A stretch of 41,276 nucleotides of DNA from Saprospiraceae bacterium (GTDB lineage Bacteria; Bacteroidota; Bacteroidia; Flavobacteriales_C; GCA-002722245). Below, piece by piece: positions 11,460 to 22,166 of the stretch; positions within the stretch are counted from its first letter, which is position 1, and the number at the start of each line of letters is the position of its first letter. Made by a program: the position numbers and the translations under genes. The stretch is from the NCBI GenBank assembly GCA_047631875.1, contig JBLIAZ010000001.1, forward strand, positions 1 through 41,276, given 5' to 3'. The notes beneath the pieces are model-generated. The model was not told the origin of the DNA and ran no database searches. It saw only the letters and a program-made list of their open reading frames with translations.

Positions 11460-12572
11460 ATGAGCACTTTTCAAGACTTATTCGACACATACAATTGGGA
11501 TGAAACCCTGAACAGCATTTTCAGCAAAACGGAAAGTGACGTACTGCGGGCATTGGGTTCTGATAAACGAGATTTAGAAGATTTTAAAGCATTGATATCT
11601 CCTGCGGCAATTCCTTACTTGGAGAACATGGCGCAAATTAGCAGGAAACTCACTAAAAAACGTTTTGGAAACACGATCCAAATGTACGCTCCAATGTATT
11701 TGAGTAACGAATGTCAAAACATTTGCACTTATTGTGGATTCAGCATGACCAACGTAATTCCACGAAAGACATTAACTGACCAGGAAATATTAAAGGAAGT
11801 TGCTTTTTTAAAAGCCAAAGGTTACGACCACATTCTTTTGGTTACAGGTGAGGCAAACCAAACTGTCGGTGTACCATACATCAAAAATGCCATCAATTTG
11901 GTAAGGGAACATTTTTCGAATCTCACCATTGAAGTACAGCCAATGAACCAAGAGGAGTACGAGTTATTGATCGAAAATGGATTGTACGCGGTCCTCGTTT
12001 ACCAAGAAACTTACCACCGTGCTGAGTATAAAAAACATCACCCAAAGGGACGAAAATCTAACTTTGATTACCGTTTGGATACTCCCGACAGACTCGGAAA
12101 AGCAGGTGTGCACAAAATTGGATTAGGGGCTTTGTTTGGATTAGAAGACTGGCGAGCAGACAGCTTTTTTGCAGCACTTCACTTGAGATATTTGCAAAAA
12201 ACATATTGGAAAACTAAGTATTCCATGTCTTTTCCTAGGCTTAGACCTCACAGCGGAGGCTTGGAGCCTAAAGTGGAAATGACGGACAAAGACTTGGCAC
12301 AATTAATTTGCGCATTCCGTTTGCTTGATGAAGACTTGGAACTTTCAATTTCAACACGTGAAAGTGAGGTGTTCAGAAACAACATCGTAAATTTTGGAGT
12401 CACATCCATCAGTGCTGAATCAAAAACCAACCCTGGAGGATACGTAGTAGCACCAGAATCCGAGGAGCAATTTCAAATTTCGGACGAGCGGAGCACTGAG
12501 GAAGTAGCCACGATGTTAAAAAACCAAGGATTAGAAGTAGTTTGGAAAGACTGGGCAAACAATTGGGAATGA
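11460..12572 (+). CDS. thiH: 2-iminoacetate synthase ThiH (radical SAM tyrosine lyase)
   Basis: 370 aa with the radical SAM cluster motif CQNICTYCGF. Its length and its position after thiG are typical of ThiH. Confidence 0.9.
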   Translation: MSTFQDLFDTYNWDETLNSIFSKTESDVLRALGSDKRDLEDFKALISPAAIPYLENMAQISRKLTKKRFGNTIQMYAPMYLSNECQNICTYCGFSMTNVIPRKTLTDQEILKEVAFLKAKGYDHILLVTGEANQTVGVPYIKNAINLVREHFSNLTIEVQPMNQEEYELLIENGLYAVLVYQETYHRAEYKKHHPKGRKSNFDYRLDTPDRLGKAGVHKIGLGALFGLEDWRADSFFAALHLRYLQKTYWKTKYSMSFPRLRPHSGGLEPKVEMTDKDLAQLICAFRLLDEDLELSISTRESEVFRNNIVNFGVTSISAESKTNPGGYVVAPESEEQFQISDERSTEEVATMLKNQGLEVVWKDWANNWE

Positions 12573-12627
12573 CCTAGCCCACCTTGAAACAGTATTAATT
12601 AAGTACCTTTCCTAAAAATAAACCATC

Positions 12628-12960
12628 ATGAAAAAAATATTTTTACCGCTTGCCTTTGTAGCCCTGTTAACAAGCTGCGGCAACCCAAACGAAGTAACCG
12701 AAAATTTTCAAGTTTACGGCAATTGCATGATGTGTGAAGAAACCATTGAAGGCTCCCTAAAAGAGGTTGACGGAATTATTCTTGGCGATTGGGATAAAAA
12801 AACAAAGCAAATAGCTGTCACTTTTGATTCCACTAGAATTTCCCTGAACAACATCAAGAGTAAGATTGCTGAAGTAGGTTACGACACCGAAAATTTTCGA
12901 GCAGAAGATGATGTATACGATGGTTTACACAAGTGCTGTAAGTACCAAAGACCTGAATAG
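12628..12960 (+). CDS. Heavy-metal-associated (HMA) domain lipoprotein
   Basis: 110 aa. It has a lipoprotein signal (LLTSCGN), a ferredoxin-like HMA pattern with GNCMMCE (CxxC), and a C-terminal HKCCKY Cys pair. Confidence 0.7.
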   Translation: MKKIFLPLAFVALLTSCGNPNEVTENFQVYGNCMMCEETIEGSLKEVDGIILGDWDKKTKQIAVTFDSTRISLNNIKSKIAEVGYDTENFRAEDDVYDGLHKCCKYQRPE

Positions 12961-12962
12961 TC

Positions 12963-15080
12963 TTGTCACGTTACTTCATCATTATAATCATTTTATCTGC
13001 ATTTTTATCGAGATGCAAGAGTCGACACAACATGGAAAAAGAACATCAATTTAGCAATGACTTAATTCTTGAAAGTAGCCCCTATTTGCTGCAGCATGCG
13101 CACAACCCGGTGCAGTGGCACGCATGGAATGAGGCAACTTTAGCTTTGGCCAAAAAAGAAAATAAGCTGTTGCTTATATCAATTGGCTACACTGCGTGTC
13201 ATTGGTGTCATGTAATGGAACACGAATGTTTTGAAGACACTGCAGTGGCTTCTGTCATGAACAAATATTTCATCAATGTTAAAGTGGACAGAGAAGAACG
13301 ACCAGACATTGACCAAGTGTACATGAATGCAGTCCAACTACTCACTGGAAGTGGGGGTTGGCCATTGAATTGTGTCGCTTTACCAGACGGAAGACCAATT
13401 TGGGGAGGTACTTATTTTCCGAAAAAAAACTGGGTTAATGCACTGTCTCAGTTAGCTAAATTGTATACTGAACAACCTGAAAAAGCCGAGCAATATGCTG
13501 CTGACCTAACCAAAGGAATCAGACAATCCGACATCATCCCTTTGAACACCGAACCAGCTAATTTTACGAAATCCGAAATAGGTGAGGCAATTAAAAACTG
13601 GTTGCCTAACATGGATTTTACACATGGAGGAAGAGATGGGTCACCTAAATTTCCACTTCCGAACAACATCAGTTTTTTATTACGGTATGCAGTACAAGCA
13701 AATGATTCTAACTTGCTAAACTACGTAAACACCACCCTGACACAGATGGCCTACGGAGGAATTTACGATCAAATAGGTGGTGGTTTTGCAAGGTATTCCG
13801 TAGACGACCACTGGCACATTCCACATTTTGAAAAAATGCTTTATGACAATGCGCAATTAGTTTCCTTGTATGCTACAGCATATTTGGTCACCAAAAATCC
13901 CTTGTATAAAAAAGTAGTGGAAGAAACAACTACCTTCATCGAGAGAGAGCTTTATCACAAAGACGGGGTCTTTTATTCTTCCCTGGATGCCGACAGTAAA
14001 AATGAAAAAGGCGAGTCGGAAGAAGGTGCTTTTTACGTCTGGAATAAAAAGGAACTGCAACACATTTTAGGAGACGATTTCAAACTTTTTTCACAATATT
14101 ATAACATCAACAGTTATGGTGAATGGGAACATGGAAATTACAACCTGATCAGGACCACATCACAACAAGAGTTTTGTACTACAAACGGCTTGTCCATCGA
14201 GGACTTACAGCAAAAAGTTAGCTCATGGAAAAACACCTTACTTAAAATACGTGAAAAAAGATCGCGGCCTGAATTGGATGACAAATCACTTTGTTCATGG
14301 AATGCGTTGATGTTAAAAGCATACGTGAACGCTTATGCTGTTTTTGATGACCCTCATTATTTAGATGTGGCACTTAAAAACGCTCATTTTATTGTCAACG
14401 AAATGACAAAGCAAGATGGGAGTTTATACCGAAATTTCAAAAATGGAAAAAGCAACATCGAGGCCTATTTAGAAGATTATGCAGGTGTGGCCGATGCTTT
14501 CATTTGCTTGTATGAAGTGACCCTTGATGAGGCATGGTTGAGCAAATCTAAACAACTCACAGACCATTGCTTCGATCATTTTTACGATACCAAAAGTCAC
14601 CTGTTCTTTTTCACCTCGGACAAGGACGCTAAACTGATTACAAGGAAAATTGAAATTGACGACAACGTCATTTCCTCCTCTAACTCCATCATGGCGAATA
14701 ACTTGTTCAAGCTTGGTCATTACTACGAAAACAAAAAATACAACGAACATGCCTGCTCAATGTTAAACAACATGAAAGCAAGTTCAATTCGTTACGGTGC
14801 AGGCGCTTCAAACTGGTTAAATCTATACTTAAACTACCTTGATGAATATTACGAAATAGCAATTTCTGGAAGCGATGCTTTATATAAAGTGAAAGAATTA
14901 AACGCACATTACCTCCCCAACAAACTTGTTGCAGGAAGCACTAAAAAAAGTGATTTACCATTGCTGCAAAATCGTTTCAACAAGGACGAAACCAACTTGT
15001 ATTTATGCGTTGAGGGCAGTTGTAAGCTGCCCGTAAAAAAGGTAGAGGACCTTTTAAAGCAGGTGAAAACAAAGCATTAA
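12963..15080 (+). CDS. Thioredoxin-domain protein of the DUF255/YyaL family (thioredoxin-like N-domain plus alpha/alpha-toroid C-domain)
   Basis: [54 protein letters not shown] is the classic DUF255 N-terminus. TTG 12963 adds a hydrophobic leader; ATG 13032 (MEKEHQF...) is an alternative cytoplasmic start. Confidence 0.85.
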   Translation: MSRYFIIIIILSAFLSRCKSRHNMEKEHQFSNDLILESSPYLLQHAHNPVQWHAWNEATLALAKKENKLLLISIGYTACHWCHVMEHECFEDTAVASVMNKYFINVKVDREERPDIDQVYMNAVQLLTGSGGWPLNCVALPDGRPIWGGTYFPKKNWVNALSQLAKLYTEQPEKAEQYAADLTKGIRQSDIIPLNTEPANFTKSEIGEAIKNWLPNMDFTHGGRDGSPKFPLPNNISFLLRYAVQANDSNLLNYVNTTLTQMAYGGIYDQIGGGFARYSVDDHWHIPHFEKMLYDNAQLVSLYATAYLVTKNPLYKKVVEETTTFIERELYHKDGVFYSSLDADSKNEKGESEEGAFYVWNKKELQHILGDDFKLFSQYYNINSYGEWEHGNYNLIRTTSQQEFCTTNGLSIEDLQQKVSSWKNTLLKIREKRSRPELDDKSLCSWNALMLKAYVNAYAVFDDPHYLDVALKNAHFIVNEMTKQDGSLYRNFKNGKSNIEAYLEDYAGVADAFICLYEVTLDEAWLSKSKQLTDHCFDHFYDTKSHLFFFTSDKDAKLITRKIEIDDNVISSSNSIMANNLFKLGHYYENKKYNEHACSMLNNMKASSIRYGAGASNWLNLYLNYLDEYYEIAISGSDALYKVKELNAHYLPNKLVAGSTKKSDLPLLQNRFNKDETNLYLCVEGSCKLPVKKVEDLLKQVKTKH

Positions 15081-15141
15081 CCATTTTATTGTTTCGTAAA
15101 GAATCGTTCGTAATTAGTCATGCAGCAGTGATTTCAACATT

Positions 15142-15173
15142 AAAAAGGCCATTCAATTAAGAATAGCCTTTTT
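15142..15173. terminator. Bidirectional intrinsic terminator between convergent genes
   Basis: aaaaaggccattc-aattaa-gaatagccttttt. The stem is flanked by an A-run on one side and a T-run on the other, between the DUF255 gene (+) and nrdA (-). Confidence 0.55.
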
Positions 15174-15226
15174 AATAACATCATTTCGTCAATAGATGAG
15201 TATTAACTGCAAAGTGTCAATTTGTA

Positions 15227-17590
15227 TCAACCACTGCACATTTCACAATCATCAGGGTTGTCAATCGAACAAGCCAGTTCTGCTTGTCTTTGCTCCTCTG
15301 CTGTAGTCGCTTCTTTTGGTGCAGCTAATTTAGATTTGTCTACTGTAAACTTAATAGCGTCTCTTGCTGCTTTAGTTCTTAAGTAATACATTCCTGTCTT
15401 TAGACCTTTCTTCCATGCGTAAAAATGCATTGAAGTTAATTTGGCAAAGTTTGGAGATTCAATGAATATGTTCAACGACTGACTTTGATCAATGTAAATC
15501 CCTCTGTCAGCAGCCATATCCAACACGTCTTTTTGCTTGATTTCCCAAACCGTTTTGTACAATTCTTTGATATTCTCTGGAATTTCAGGGAAATCAGCAA
15601 TTGATCCATTGGCAGCCATTAACCTGTTTTTCATGTCATCATTCCATAAGCCTAATTTCACTAGGTCCATTAACAAGTGTTTGTTTACGATGATGAATTC
15701 TCCCGACAAAGTTCTTCTTGAATAAATATTAGAAGTATATGGCTCGAAACATTCGTTGTTACCCAAAATTTGAGAAGTAGATGCTGTTGGCATTGGAGCC
15801 AATAACAAGCTGTTTCTTATTCCGTGCTTCTTAATTTCTCCTTTTAACACATCCCATTCCCATCTGTCGGATGGTTTCTCATTCCACATGTCAAACTGTA
15901 AAATACCTTTTGACGCTGGTGAACCTTTGAACGTTTCATAAGGACCATCTATTATTGCCAAATCCTTTGACGCTGTCAAAGAAGCGTAATATATAGTTTC
16001 AAAGATGTCCTTGTTTAACTGTTTTGCTTCCGGAGAAGTAAAAGGATATCTCATCAAAATGAACGCATCAGCTAAACCCTGTACACCTAATCCAATTGGA
16101 CGGTGTCTCATGTTGGAGTTTTTAGCTTCAGGAACTGGGTAATAATTGTAATCAATGATCTTATTCAAATTCTTTGTAAGTGTGTACGACACCTCAAACA
16201 ATTTGTTGAAATCAAACTCGCCGTCTTTCACAAACATTGGTAGGGCAACAGATGCTAAGTTACATACAGCTACTTCATCAGGAGCTGTATATTCCACGAT
16301 TTCTGTACATAAGTTAGACGATCTAATTGTACCTAAATTCTTTTGGTTTGATTTTTCATTACAAGCATCCTTGTACAGCATGTAAGGTGTACCGGTTTCT
16401 ACTTGAGATTCTAGTATTGCAAACCACAACTCTTGAGCTTTTATGGTTTTTCTACCTTTCCCTGCTTTTTCGTATTTCGTGTACAGTTTCCTGAATTCTT
16501 CACCATAACAATCAGCCAATCCTGGAGATTCGTTTGGACAAAACAAAGTCCACTCACCATCAGCCTCTACTCTTTCCATGAACAGGTCATTTATCCACAT
16601 TGCGTAAAATAAATCTCTTGCTCTTAATTCCTCTTTACCATGGTTTTTCCTTAAGTCAAGGAAGTCAAAAATATCTGCATGCCAAGGTTCTAGATAAATA
16701 GCGAAAGAACCTTTTCTTTTTCCTCCTCCTTGATCCACATATCTTGCAGTATCGTTAAAAACCCTCAACATTGGTATAATTCCATTTGAAGCACCGTTGG
16801 TCCCCTTAATGTAAGAACCTGTAGCTCTGATGTTGTGTATTGCTAAACCAATCCCACCTGCTGATTGTGATATTTTTGCACATTGTTTTAACGTATCATA
16901 AATACCGTCGATGCTGTCGTCCTTTGCTGTTAAAAGGAAACAAGATGACATTTGTGGTTTTGGAGTACCCGCGTTGAATAAAGTTGGAGTAGCATGAGTA
17001 GCCCACCTTTCACTCATTAAATTATAAGTTTCAATGGCAGAATCGATGTCTTCTTTGTGAATTCCAATAGAAACTCTCATCAACATGTGTTGCGGACGTT
17101 CTACGATTTCACCATGAACCCTTAACAAATAGGATCGTTCTAATGTTTTAAATCCAAAATAATCATATCCAAAGTCTCTGTCATAAATGATGGCAGAATC
17201 CAATTGCATAGCGTTATCTTGGATGATTTTATACACATCGTCAGCAAGTAACGCTGCGGATTTACCAGTTTTTTTGTCGATGTATTCGTATAAAGTAGTA
17301 GCTGTACCAGAAAAAGATTTACTTGTGCTTTTGTGTAAGTTAGATACGGCCAACCTAGCTGCTAATTTAGCGTAATCAGGGTGTTTAGTCGTAGAGCTTG
17401 CAGCAATTTCAGCAGCCAAATTATCCAAGGCATGAGTAGTAACCCCCTCATAAATTCCTTCAATTACCTTCATGGCAACTCCTGTTGGGTCAACCATTGG
17501 ACTTAACTTGTAACAAAGTTTTTTGATCCTTGCGGTCACTTTGTCAAACTTGACTTCCTCTTTACGTCCGTCTCTTTTTACTACATACAT
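15227..17590 (-). CDS. nrdA: Ribonucleoside-diphosphate reductase alpha subunit (class Ia)
   Basis: 787 aa with an N-terminal ATP-cone ([20 protein letters not shown]), active-site blocks ([17 protein letters not shown]) and a C-terminal CxxC tail (DDCEMCSG). Confidence 0.95.
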   Translation of the reverse strand: MYVVKRDGRKEEVKFDKVTARIKKLCYKLSPMVDPTGVAMKVIEGIYEGVTTHALDNLAAEIAASSTTKHPDYAKLAARLAVSNLHKSTSKSFSGTATTLYEYIDKKTGKSAALLADDVYKIIQDNAMQLDSAIIYDRDFGYDYFGFKTLERSYLLRVHGEIVERPQHMLMRVSIGIHKEDIDSAIETYNLMSERWATHATPTLFNAGTPKPQMSSCFLLTAKDDSIDGIYDTLKQCAKISQSAGGIGLAIHNIRATGSYIKGTNGASNGIIPMLRVFNDTARYVDQGGGKRKGSFAIYLEPWHADIFDFLDLRKNHGKEELRARDLFYAMWINDLFMERVEADGEWTLFCPNESPGLADCYGEEFRKLYTKYEKAGKGRKTIKAQELWFAILESQVETGTPYMLYKDACNEKSNQKNLGTIRSSNLCTEIVEYTAPDEVAVCNLASVALPMFVKDGEFDFNKLFEVSYTLTKNLNKIIDYNYYPVPEAKNSNMRHRPIGLGVQGLADAFILMRYPFTSPEAKQLNKDIFETIYYASLTASKDLAIIDGPYETFKGSPASKGILQFDMWNEKPSDRWEWDVLKGEIKKHGIRNSLLLAPMPTASTSQILGNNECFEPYTSNIYSRRTLSGEFIIVNKHLLMDLVKLGLWNDDMKNRLMAANGSIADFPEIPENIKELYKTVWEIKQKDVLDMAADRGIYIDQSQSLNIFIESPNFAKLTSMHFYAWKKGLKTGMYYLRTKAARDAIKFTVDKSKLAAPKEATTAEEQRQAELACSIDNPDDCEMCSG

Positions 17591-17680
17591 ACAGCTTACT
17601 TTTTAAAATTTTATATAATCTTCTCTCTTCAACCTTTCTTAATCAAAGAAGATAAATGAAGTTAATTTCAGGAGGTAACC

Positions 17681-18733
17681 TTAAAAATCTTCGTCTAAAC
17701 TAAACCCTTGGTTCTCTCCACTAGTAGTAACACCTGCCTTTTGGTATTCCCCTACTCTTTTTTCGAAAAAGTTAGTTTTCCCTTGTAAAGAAATCAACTC
17801 CATGAAGTCAAATGGGTTTTCAGTATTGAATACTTTTTCGTTTCCTAATTCCATTAACAACCTGTCAGCAACAAACTCAATGTATTGGCTCATCAATTCA
17901 GCATTCATTCCAATTAACCTAACTGGCAATGCATCACAAACAAACTCTTTTTCCATTTCAACTGCATCCAAGATGATTTCTTTTACCACTTCTTTGTCTA
18001 GTGGATTGTTAATGTGTTGTGTGTACAACAAACACGCAAAATCACAGTGCATTCCTTCGTCTCTTGAGATAAGTTCGTTAGAGAATGTCAATCCTGGCAT
18101 CAAACCTCTTTTCTTTAACCAAAACAGAGAGCAGAAACTTCCTGAAAAGAAAATACCTTCTACTGCTGCAAAAGCAACCAACCTCTCAGCAAATGAACCA
18201 TTGTCAATCCATTTTAATGCCCAGTCTGCTTTTTTCTTTACGCATGGAATAGTTTCAATGGCGTTAAACAAATAATCTTTTTCCTTCTTGTCTTTTACCA
18301 AAGTGTCAATCAACAAAGAATAAGTTTCTGAGTGTACGTTTTCCATCATTACTTGGAAACCGTAAAAGAATTTAGCCTCAGTATACTGCACCTCACTTAA
18401 AAAATGTTCAGCAAGGTTTTCGTTCACAATTCCATCACTAGCAGCAAAAAAGGCCAACACGTGTTTTATGAAATGTCTTTCGTTGTCATTCAATTTATTA
18501 TCCCAATCGATGATATCCGTAGACAAATCAATTTCCTCAGCAGTCCAAATACTAGCTTGCTGGTCTTTGTACATTGCCCAAATGTCATCGTGTTGAATAG
18601 GAAATAAAACAAACCTGTCGTTAGCCTCTTCCAGAATAGGTTCTACTGCAGACTCCTTAATCACGGTGTCTTTTGGTAAGATTTCATCCAAGTTTGGCGC
18701 TTGATCAACTGCTTGTTTTGTTTTTCCTTCCAT
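17681..18733 (-). CDS. nrdB: Ribonucleoside-diphosphate reductase beta subunit
   Basis: 350 aa with the di-iron/tyrosyl radical protein pattern ([36 protein letters not shown]) and an acidic C-terminal tail ending DEDF. Confidence 0.95.
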   Translation of the reverse strand: MEGKTKQAVDQAPNLDEILPKDTVIKESAVEPILEEANDRFVLFPIQHDDIWAMYKDQQASIWTAEEIDLSTDIIDWDNKLNDNERHFIKHVLAFFAASDGIVNENLAEHFLSEVQYTEAKFFYGFQVMMENVHSETYSLLIDTLVKDKKEKDYLFNAIETIPCVKKKADWALKWIDNGSFAERLVAFAAVEGIFFSGSFCSLFWLKKRGLMPGLTFSNELISRDEGMHCDFACLLYTQHINNPLDKEVVKEIILDAVEMEKEFVCDALPVRLIGMNAELMSQYIEFVADRLLMELGNEKVFNTENPFDFMELISLQGKTNFFEKRVGEYQKAGVTTSGENQGFSLDEDF

Positions 18734-19317
18734 TGTTGCTAATTTTTGTTTGTTTATATTCTTGCTTATTGGCCTAAGTGTTTCTGCTTACTTTCCGTTT
18801 CCCTCCTCCATTTTGAAAACTTAAAACTTTCAGTGCGGAAAAAGCGGGTTACAAAAATTCCAAAAAAAGTTCAATAAACTTCCATTACTCCACCCATAGT
18901 TCTTCACATTCGTTAATAGTTTTTAACAAGCTTATTAAGTGCCTGTTTAACTGATTATTACGGTCGTTCTGTAAAGCTTTAATGCATCAATTACACTCTA
19001 ACTAATTGCCCTTGTATTTTCAAGCTCGTTATACAACATCTGTTGAAAACATTTCTTGATTTTTTCCTAGGTAATTTCACAAATTACGAAACCCATAAAA
19101 ACCAAGGAAAATTACCAAAATAAATTTTTCGTTTCTTTCTCAGTGGGAACATTAAATTTAGTTTTTAATTCCATTCAACTTAACCAAACCACTGTTTAGA
19201 TATTAAAAACTTGCGGTTGATATATTTTGCTTGACTCGTATTAAACCAATACAGGAAAGAGTTCCCGACATAAAAGGGGTCTTAAAAATTGACAAAATAA
19301 TTATTTGGCACGCCTTT

Positions 19318-19330
19318 AATTTAGCTCAAA
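19318..19330. repeat. Copy 1 of the 13-nt direct repeat AATTTAGCT[C/G]AAA
   Basis: aatttagctcaaa. The second copy lies exactly 60 bp downstream. Confidence 0.4.
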
Positions 19331-19377
19331 TAACATTCTAAACTCATTTTTTGAAACGAACAAATAAAACTGCATTG

Positions 19378-19390
19378 AATTTAGCTGAAA
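19378..19390. repeat. Copy 2 of the 13-nt direct repeat AATTTAGCT[C/G]AAA
   Basis: aatttagctgaaa; 12 of 13 positions identical to copy 1. Confidence 0.4.
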
Positions 19391-19443
19391 ATTATTTTTT
19401 TAACGACAACCGCTAAAAAAAAGACGATGTATTTTTTATTCCG

Positions 19444-20013
19444 TCAAGGTTTCAAAAATTTTCTGACCAATAATTCAGCTCTTTTTTTAGCTTCCGATAA
19501 ATCATCGTTCAAAATTATTTTATCAAAATTCACTGACCTTTCTAACTCTTTGGGTGCTTTAGCAAGTCTCCTCGCAATAGATTCAGGTGTTTCAGTGTCA
19601 CGCGATTCTAAACGCTCGCGTAACCTGTCAAGGGATGGAGGCATTACAAATACTGCCAAAGCCTTGTCGCCAAATGCATGTTTCAAATTCAAACCACCCT
19701 CGACGTCCACATCAAATATCACATGGTTCCCTTTTTCCCAAATTCTTTCCACCTCACTCCTGAGCGTGCCGTAAAAATTATCCTTATACACTTCCTCCCA
19801 TTCCACAAATTCCTTTTTGCTGATGCGAGATTTAAAATCATCAACAGACAAAAAATAGTAATCTTTTTCATGCGTCTCACCTTCACGTTGCGACCTCGTA
19901 GCGGCCGATACCGAAAACTCCAAACCAAACTTTTTGCTCAACAAGTGATGTACTAAGGTGGTTTTACCAGCACCAGAAGGCGCTGAAAATATGACTAACT
20001 TCCCTTTATCCAT
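19444..20013 (-). CDS. gmk: Guanylate kinase
   Basis: 189 aa with the P-loop SAPSGAGKTTL, plus SATTR-like SAATR and GxxYxF-like KDYYFLS. The start overlaps the yicC stop (TAATG). Confidence 0.9.
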   Translation of the reverse strand: MDKGKLVIFSAPSGAGKTTLVHHLLSKKFGLEFSVSAATRSQREGETHEKDYYFLSVDDFKSRISKKEFVEWEEVYKDNFYGTLRSEVERIWEKGNHVIFDVDVEGGLNLKHAFGDKALAVFVMPPSLDRLRERLESRDTETPESIARRLAKAPKELERSVNFDKIILNDDLSEAKKRAELLVRKFLKP

Positions 20014-20876
20014 TACAATATGTTTAACAACTGTTCTTTGATTTTTTCCAACTCATCCTTCATCTCTACTACCATTTTTTGCATTTCAGAGTCGTTCGCT
20101 TTAGAGCCGATGGTGTTTATTTCCCTTCCTATTTCCTGACTAATGAAAGCCAATTTTTTTCCTTTTTCACCATCCAATTCAATTGTCTCATGGAAATATG
20201 TAGTGTGACTTTTCAACCTCACCTTCTCTTCAGTGATGTCCATTTTTTCCAGATAATATATTAACTCCTGCTCAAAACGATTTTTATCCAAAAGTTTTTC
20301 ATGAATATCATGCACGGCCGAATTCAATTTTTCTTTAATTTTTAATGTCCTTAATTTGTCTCTGTCAATTACCTCTTCCAATTTTTGCTCAATGTTATTG
20401 ATCCTCAAATCAAGGTCCGCACGTAAGTTTTTACCTTCCGCTGCCCTAAAAGACAATACCTGAATAAGTGCCGATTCCAGACCTTTAAGTACAGCCAACC
20501 ATTCATTTTCATCGAATTCTTCCTTTTCAGCCGACATCACTTCGGGCATTTTTAACACCGCAGCTATCAGCGCTCCATCAGGGTCCTTTCCTGTCAATTC
20601 ACTTAGCTGATTCACATAGTTTTTAAATACTGTTTGGTTGATCTTTTGACCTTTGTTTCCCTCAGCAGCTGAATAGTACATAGAAAATTCAATTTTTCCA
20701 CGGGTTAATTTACCGATGATGAGTTTTCGTAATTCAAGTTCCTTGGATTTAAACTTACTTGGCATCCTAACCGTCACGTCTTGTTGTTTAGAATTCAAAC
20801 ACTTGATTTCTATGTTGTAGGATTTGTCTTCGAAGGTAAATTGAGCTTTACCGAAACCTGTCATTGAATAGGTCAT
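20013..20876 (-). CDS. yicC: YicC-family stress-induced protein
   Basis: 287 aa with N-terminal SMTGFG and C-terminal FISQEIGREINTIGSKAND, both typical of YicC. The conserved yicC-gmk adjacency is present. Confidence 0.85.
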   Translation of the reverse strand: MTYSMTGFGKAQFTFEDKSYNIEIKCLNSKQQDVTVRMPSKFKSKELELRKLIIGKLTRGKIEFSMYYSAAEGNKGQKINQTVFKNYVNQLSELTGKDPDGALIAAVLKMPEVMSAEKEEFDENEWLAVLKGLESALIQVLSFRAAEGKNLRADLDLRINNIEQKLEEVIDRDKLRTLKIKEKLNSAVHDIHEKLLDKNRFEQELIYYLEKMDITEEKVRLKSHTTYFHETIELDGEKGKKLAFISQEIGREINTIGSKANDSEMQKMVVEMKDELEKIKEQLLNIL

Positions 20877-20966
20877 GTCTTGGATTAAATTGAATTGAAA
20901 TTGAACCCCAAATTTAATAAAGCTTTAGGAAATAACAACCTGAGTTTGTTCTAATGTTTCCGCTTA

Positions 20967-21443
20967 TTAGGAAGCTTTTATTCCTTGAGGTGGTTTCCTT
21001 TTTTTTATAACTCTTCTTTTTCCGCTTTCATTGTACGAATCTGAACTCTTATTTTTTTTGTCCCTTTTCCAAAATTTAAACGAAAAAGAACGTTTTTTTG
21101 AAGTAGTAGAACCATATGAATCTTTTCCTTCCTTTACCATTTTTCTTGAAGACGAGCTTGAATAGCTATCCTTAAAGTTCAAACCACTTCGCTTTCTGGA
21201 AGAGGAAGAATAACTATCATAGTAATTCAACGATCTTCTTCTGCGAGGTGCGGAAGCATAACTGTCCCCATAGTTATTCCGCTTTGCTTTTTTCGATTTT
21301 GAAGAAGTCGATTTTGCATACGCATCATGATGACTTTTTTGTTTTGGTGAATTAGAAAACCCAAAAGCATCATTGAATTTTGTGCTTTGACAGCCAACAA
21401 TGGCAATAAGACTTACAATTAAGATGAATATTTTTTTTACCAA
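20967..21443 (-). CDS. Highly basic, Ser/Tyr-rich repeat lipoprotein (TTG start)
   Basis: 158 aa with a lipoprotein signal (IAIVGCQS). About six degenerate D-[SA]-Y-x-S...[KR][KR] repeats follow. No in-frame ATG could give the signal peptide. Confidence 0.6.
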   Translation of the reverse strand: MVKKIFILIVSLIAIVGCQSTKFNDAFGFSNSPKQKSHHDAYAKSTSSKSKKAKRNNYGDSYASAPRRRRSLNYYDSYSSSSRKRSGLNFKDSYSSSSSRKMVKEGKDSYGSTTSKKRSFSFKFWKRDKKNKSSDSYNESGKRRVIKKRKPPQGIKAS

Positions 21444-21546
21444 GTGTTAAATTTGAAAACCTTATTTGAGTGAATATACGTTATCCAAGGCTATTTTGTT
21501 ACTTTAGTGTCAAGCGGCAATTTTCAAACCGCAAAAGAACAACAAC

Positions 21547-22101
21547 TTGGATCAAGAAATAAAAACTGGAAAAATACTAATTGCCGACCCATTTTTACAA
21601 GACGGGGAATTTACGCGCACGGTAATTTTACTAACCAGTTTCGAAAAAGACAACACCATGGGATTTGTATTAAACAAACCTACCGATGTGAAAGTTCATG
21701 AAGTATTTGCAGACTTTCCTGCTTTCAACGCCAGGGTATACATAGGAGGACCGGTGGACCAAAACTTACTTTTTTTTGTTCATACCTGTGGCGACTTAAT
21801 TCCCAACAGCATCCCTATTACTAACAACGTTTACTTTGGAGGAGATTTCGAAACGATGAAATCACTTGTAGAAACAAAAAAAATCACCAACAAAGACATC
21901 AGGTTTTTCCTTGGATACTCCGGCTGGGGAAAAGAACAACTTCAAGAAGAGATCCACAACAAATCCTGGTTAATTGGAGGATTTAAACTTTCATACTTGA
22001 GGACACTAAAACCAAAACAGCTGTGGCATAAAGCAATTACAATTGCAAAACCAGAGTATGGGGTTTTTAGCGAGTTTCCTTTTACGCCGTCGTTGAATTA
22101 G
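21547..22101 (+). CDS. YqgE/AlgH-family protein (UPF0301)
   Basis: 184 aa with KILIADPFLQDGEFTRTVILL, GFVLNKP, GGPV and GYSGWGKEQLQEE, all characteristic of YqgE/AlgH. A TTG start is required. Confidence 0.8.
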   Translation: MDQEIKTGKILIADPFLQDGEFTRTVILLTSFEKDNTMGFVLNKPTDVKVHEVFADFPAFNARVYIGGPVDQNLLFFVHTCGDLIPNSIPITNNVYFGGDFETMKSLVETKKITNKDIRFFLGYSGWGKEQLQEEIHNKSWLIGGFKLSYLRTLKPKQLWHKAITIAKPEYGVFSEFPFTPSLN

Positions 22102-22119
22102 CGTCCTTTTTTTGATTAA

Positions 22120-22149
22120 TTTGAGCCAGTAAATATTTTACTAGCTTTG
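22120..22149 (+). promoter_or_regulatory. Candidate Bacteroidota-type promoter for the MBOAT operon (TTTG-N18-TAGCTTTG)
   Basis: TAGCTTTG at 22142..22149 matches TAnnTTTG, with TTTG at 22120..22123. The site lies 17 nt upstream of ATG 22167. Confidence 0.4.
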
Positions 22150-22166
22150 CATTTCAACCGTCCAGC

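Noticed and set aside
17802-18607. Plus-strand ORFs 17802..18275 (157 aa) and 18404..18607 antisense to nrdB
   Set aside because: They lie entirely inside the highly conserved nrdB frame on the opposite strand, which is a typical antisense shadow.
19427-19956. ORFs 19427..19774 (+), 19678..19956 (+) and 19719..19928 (-) overlapping gmk
   Set aside because: gmk, with its P-loop and conserved blocks, explains the region. The alternatives are shadow frames.
21507-21701. 64-aa ORF overlapping the start of the YqgE/AlgH-like gene
   Set aside because: It is out of frame with the conserved YqgE N-terminus, and its basic low-complexity product is a likely artefact.
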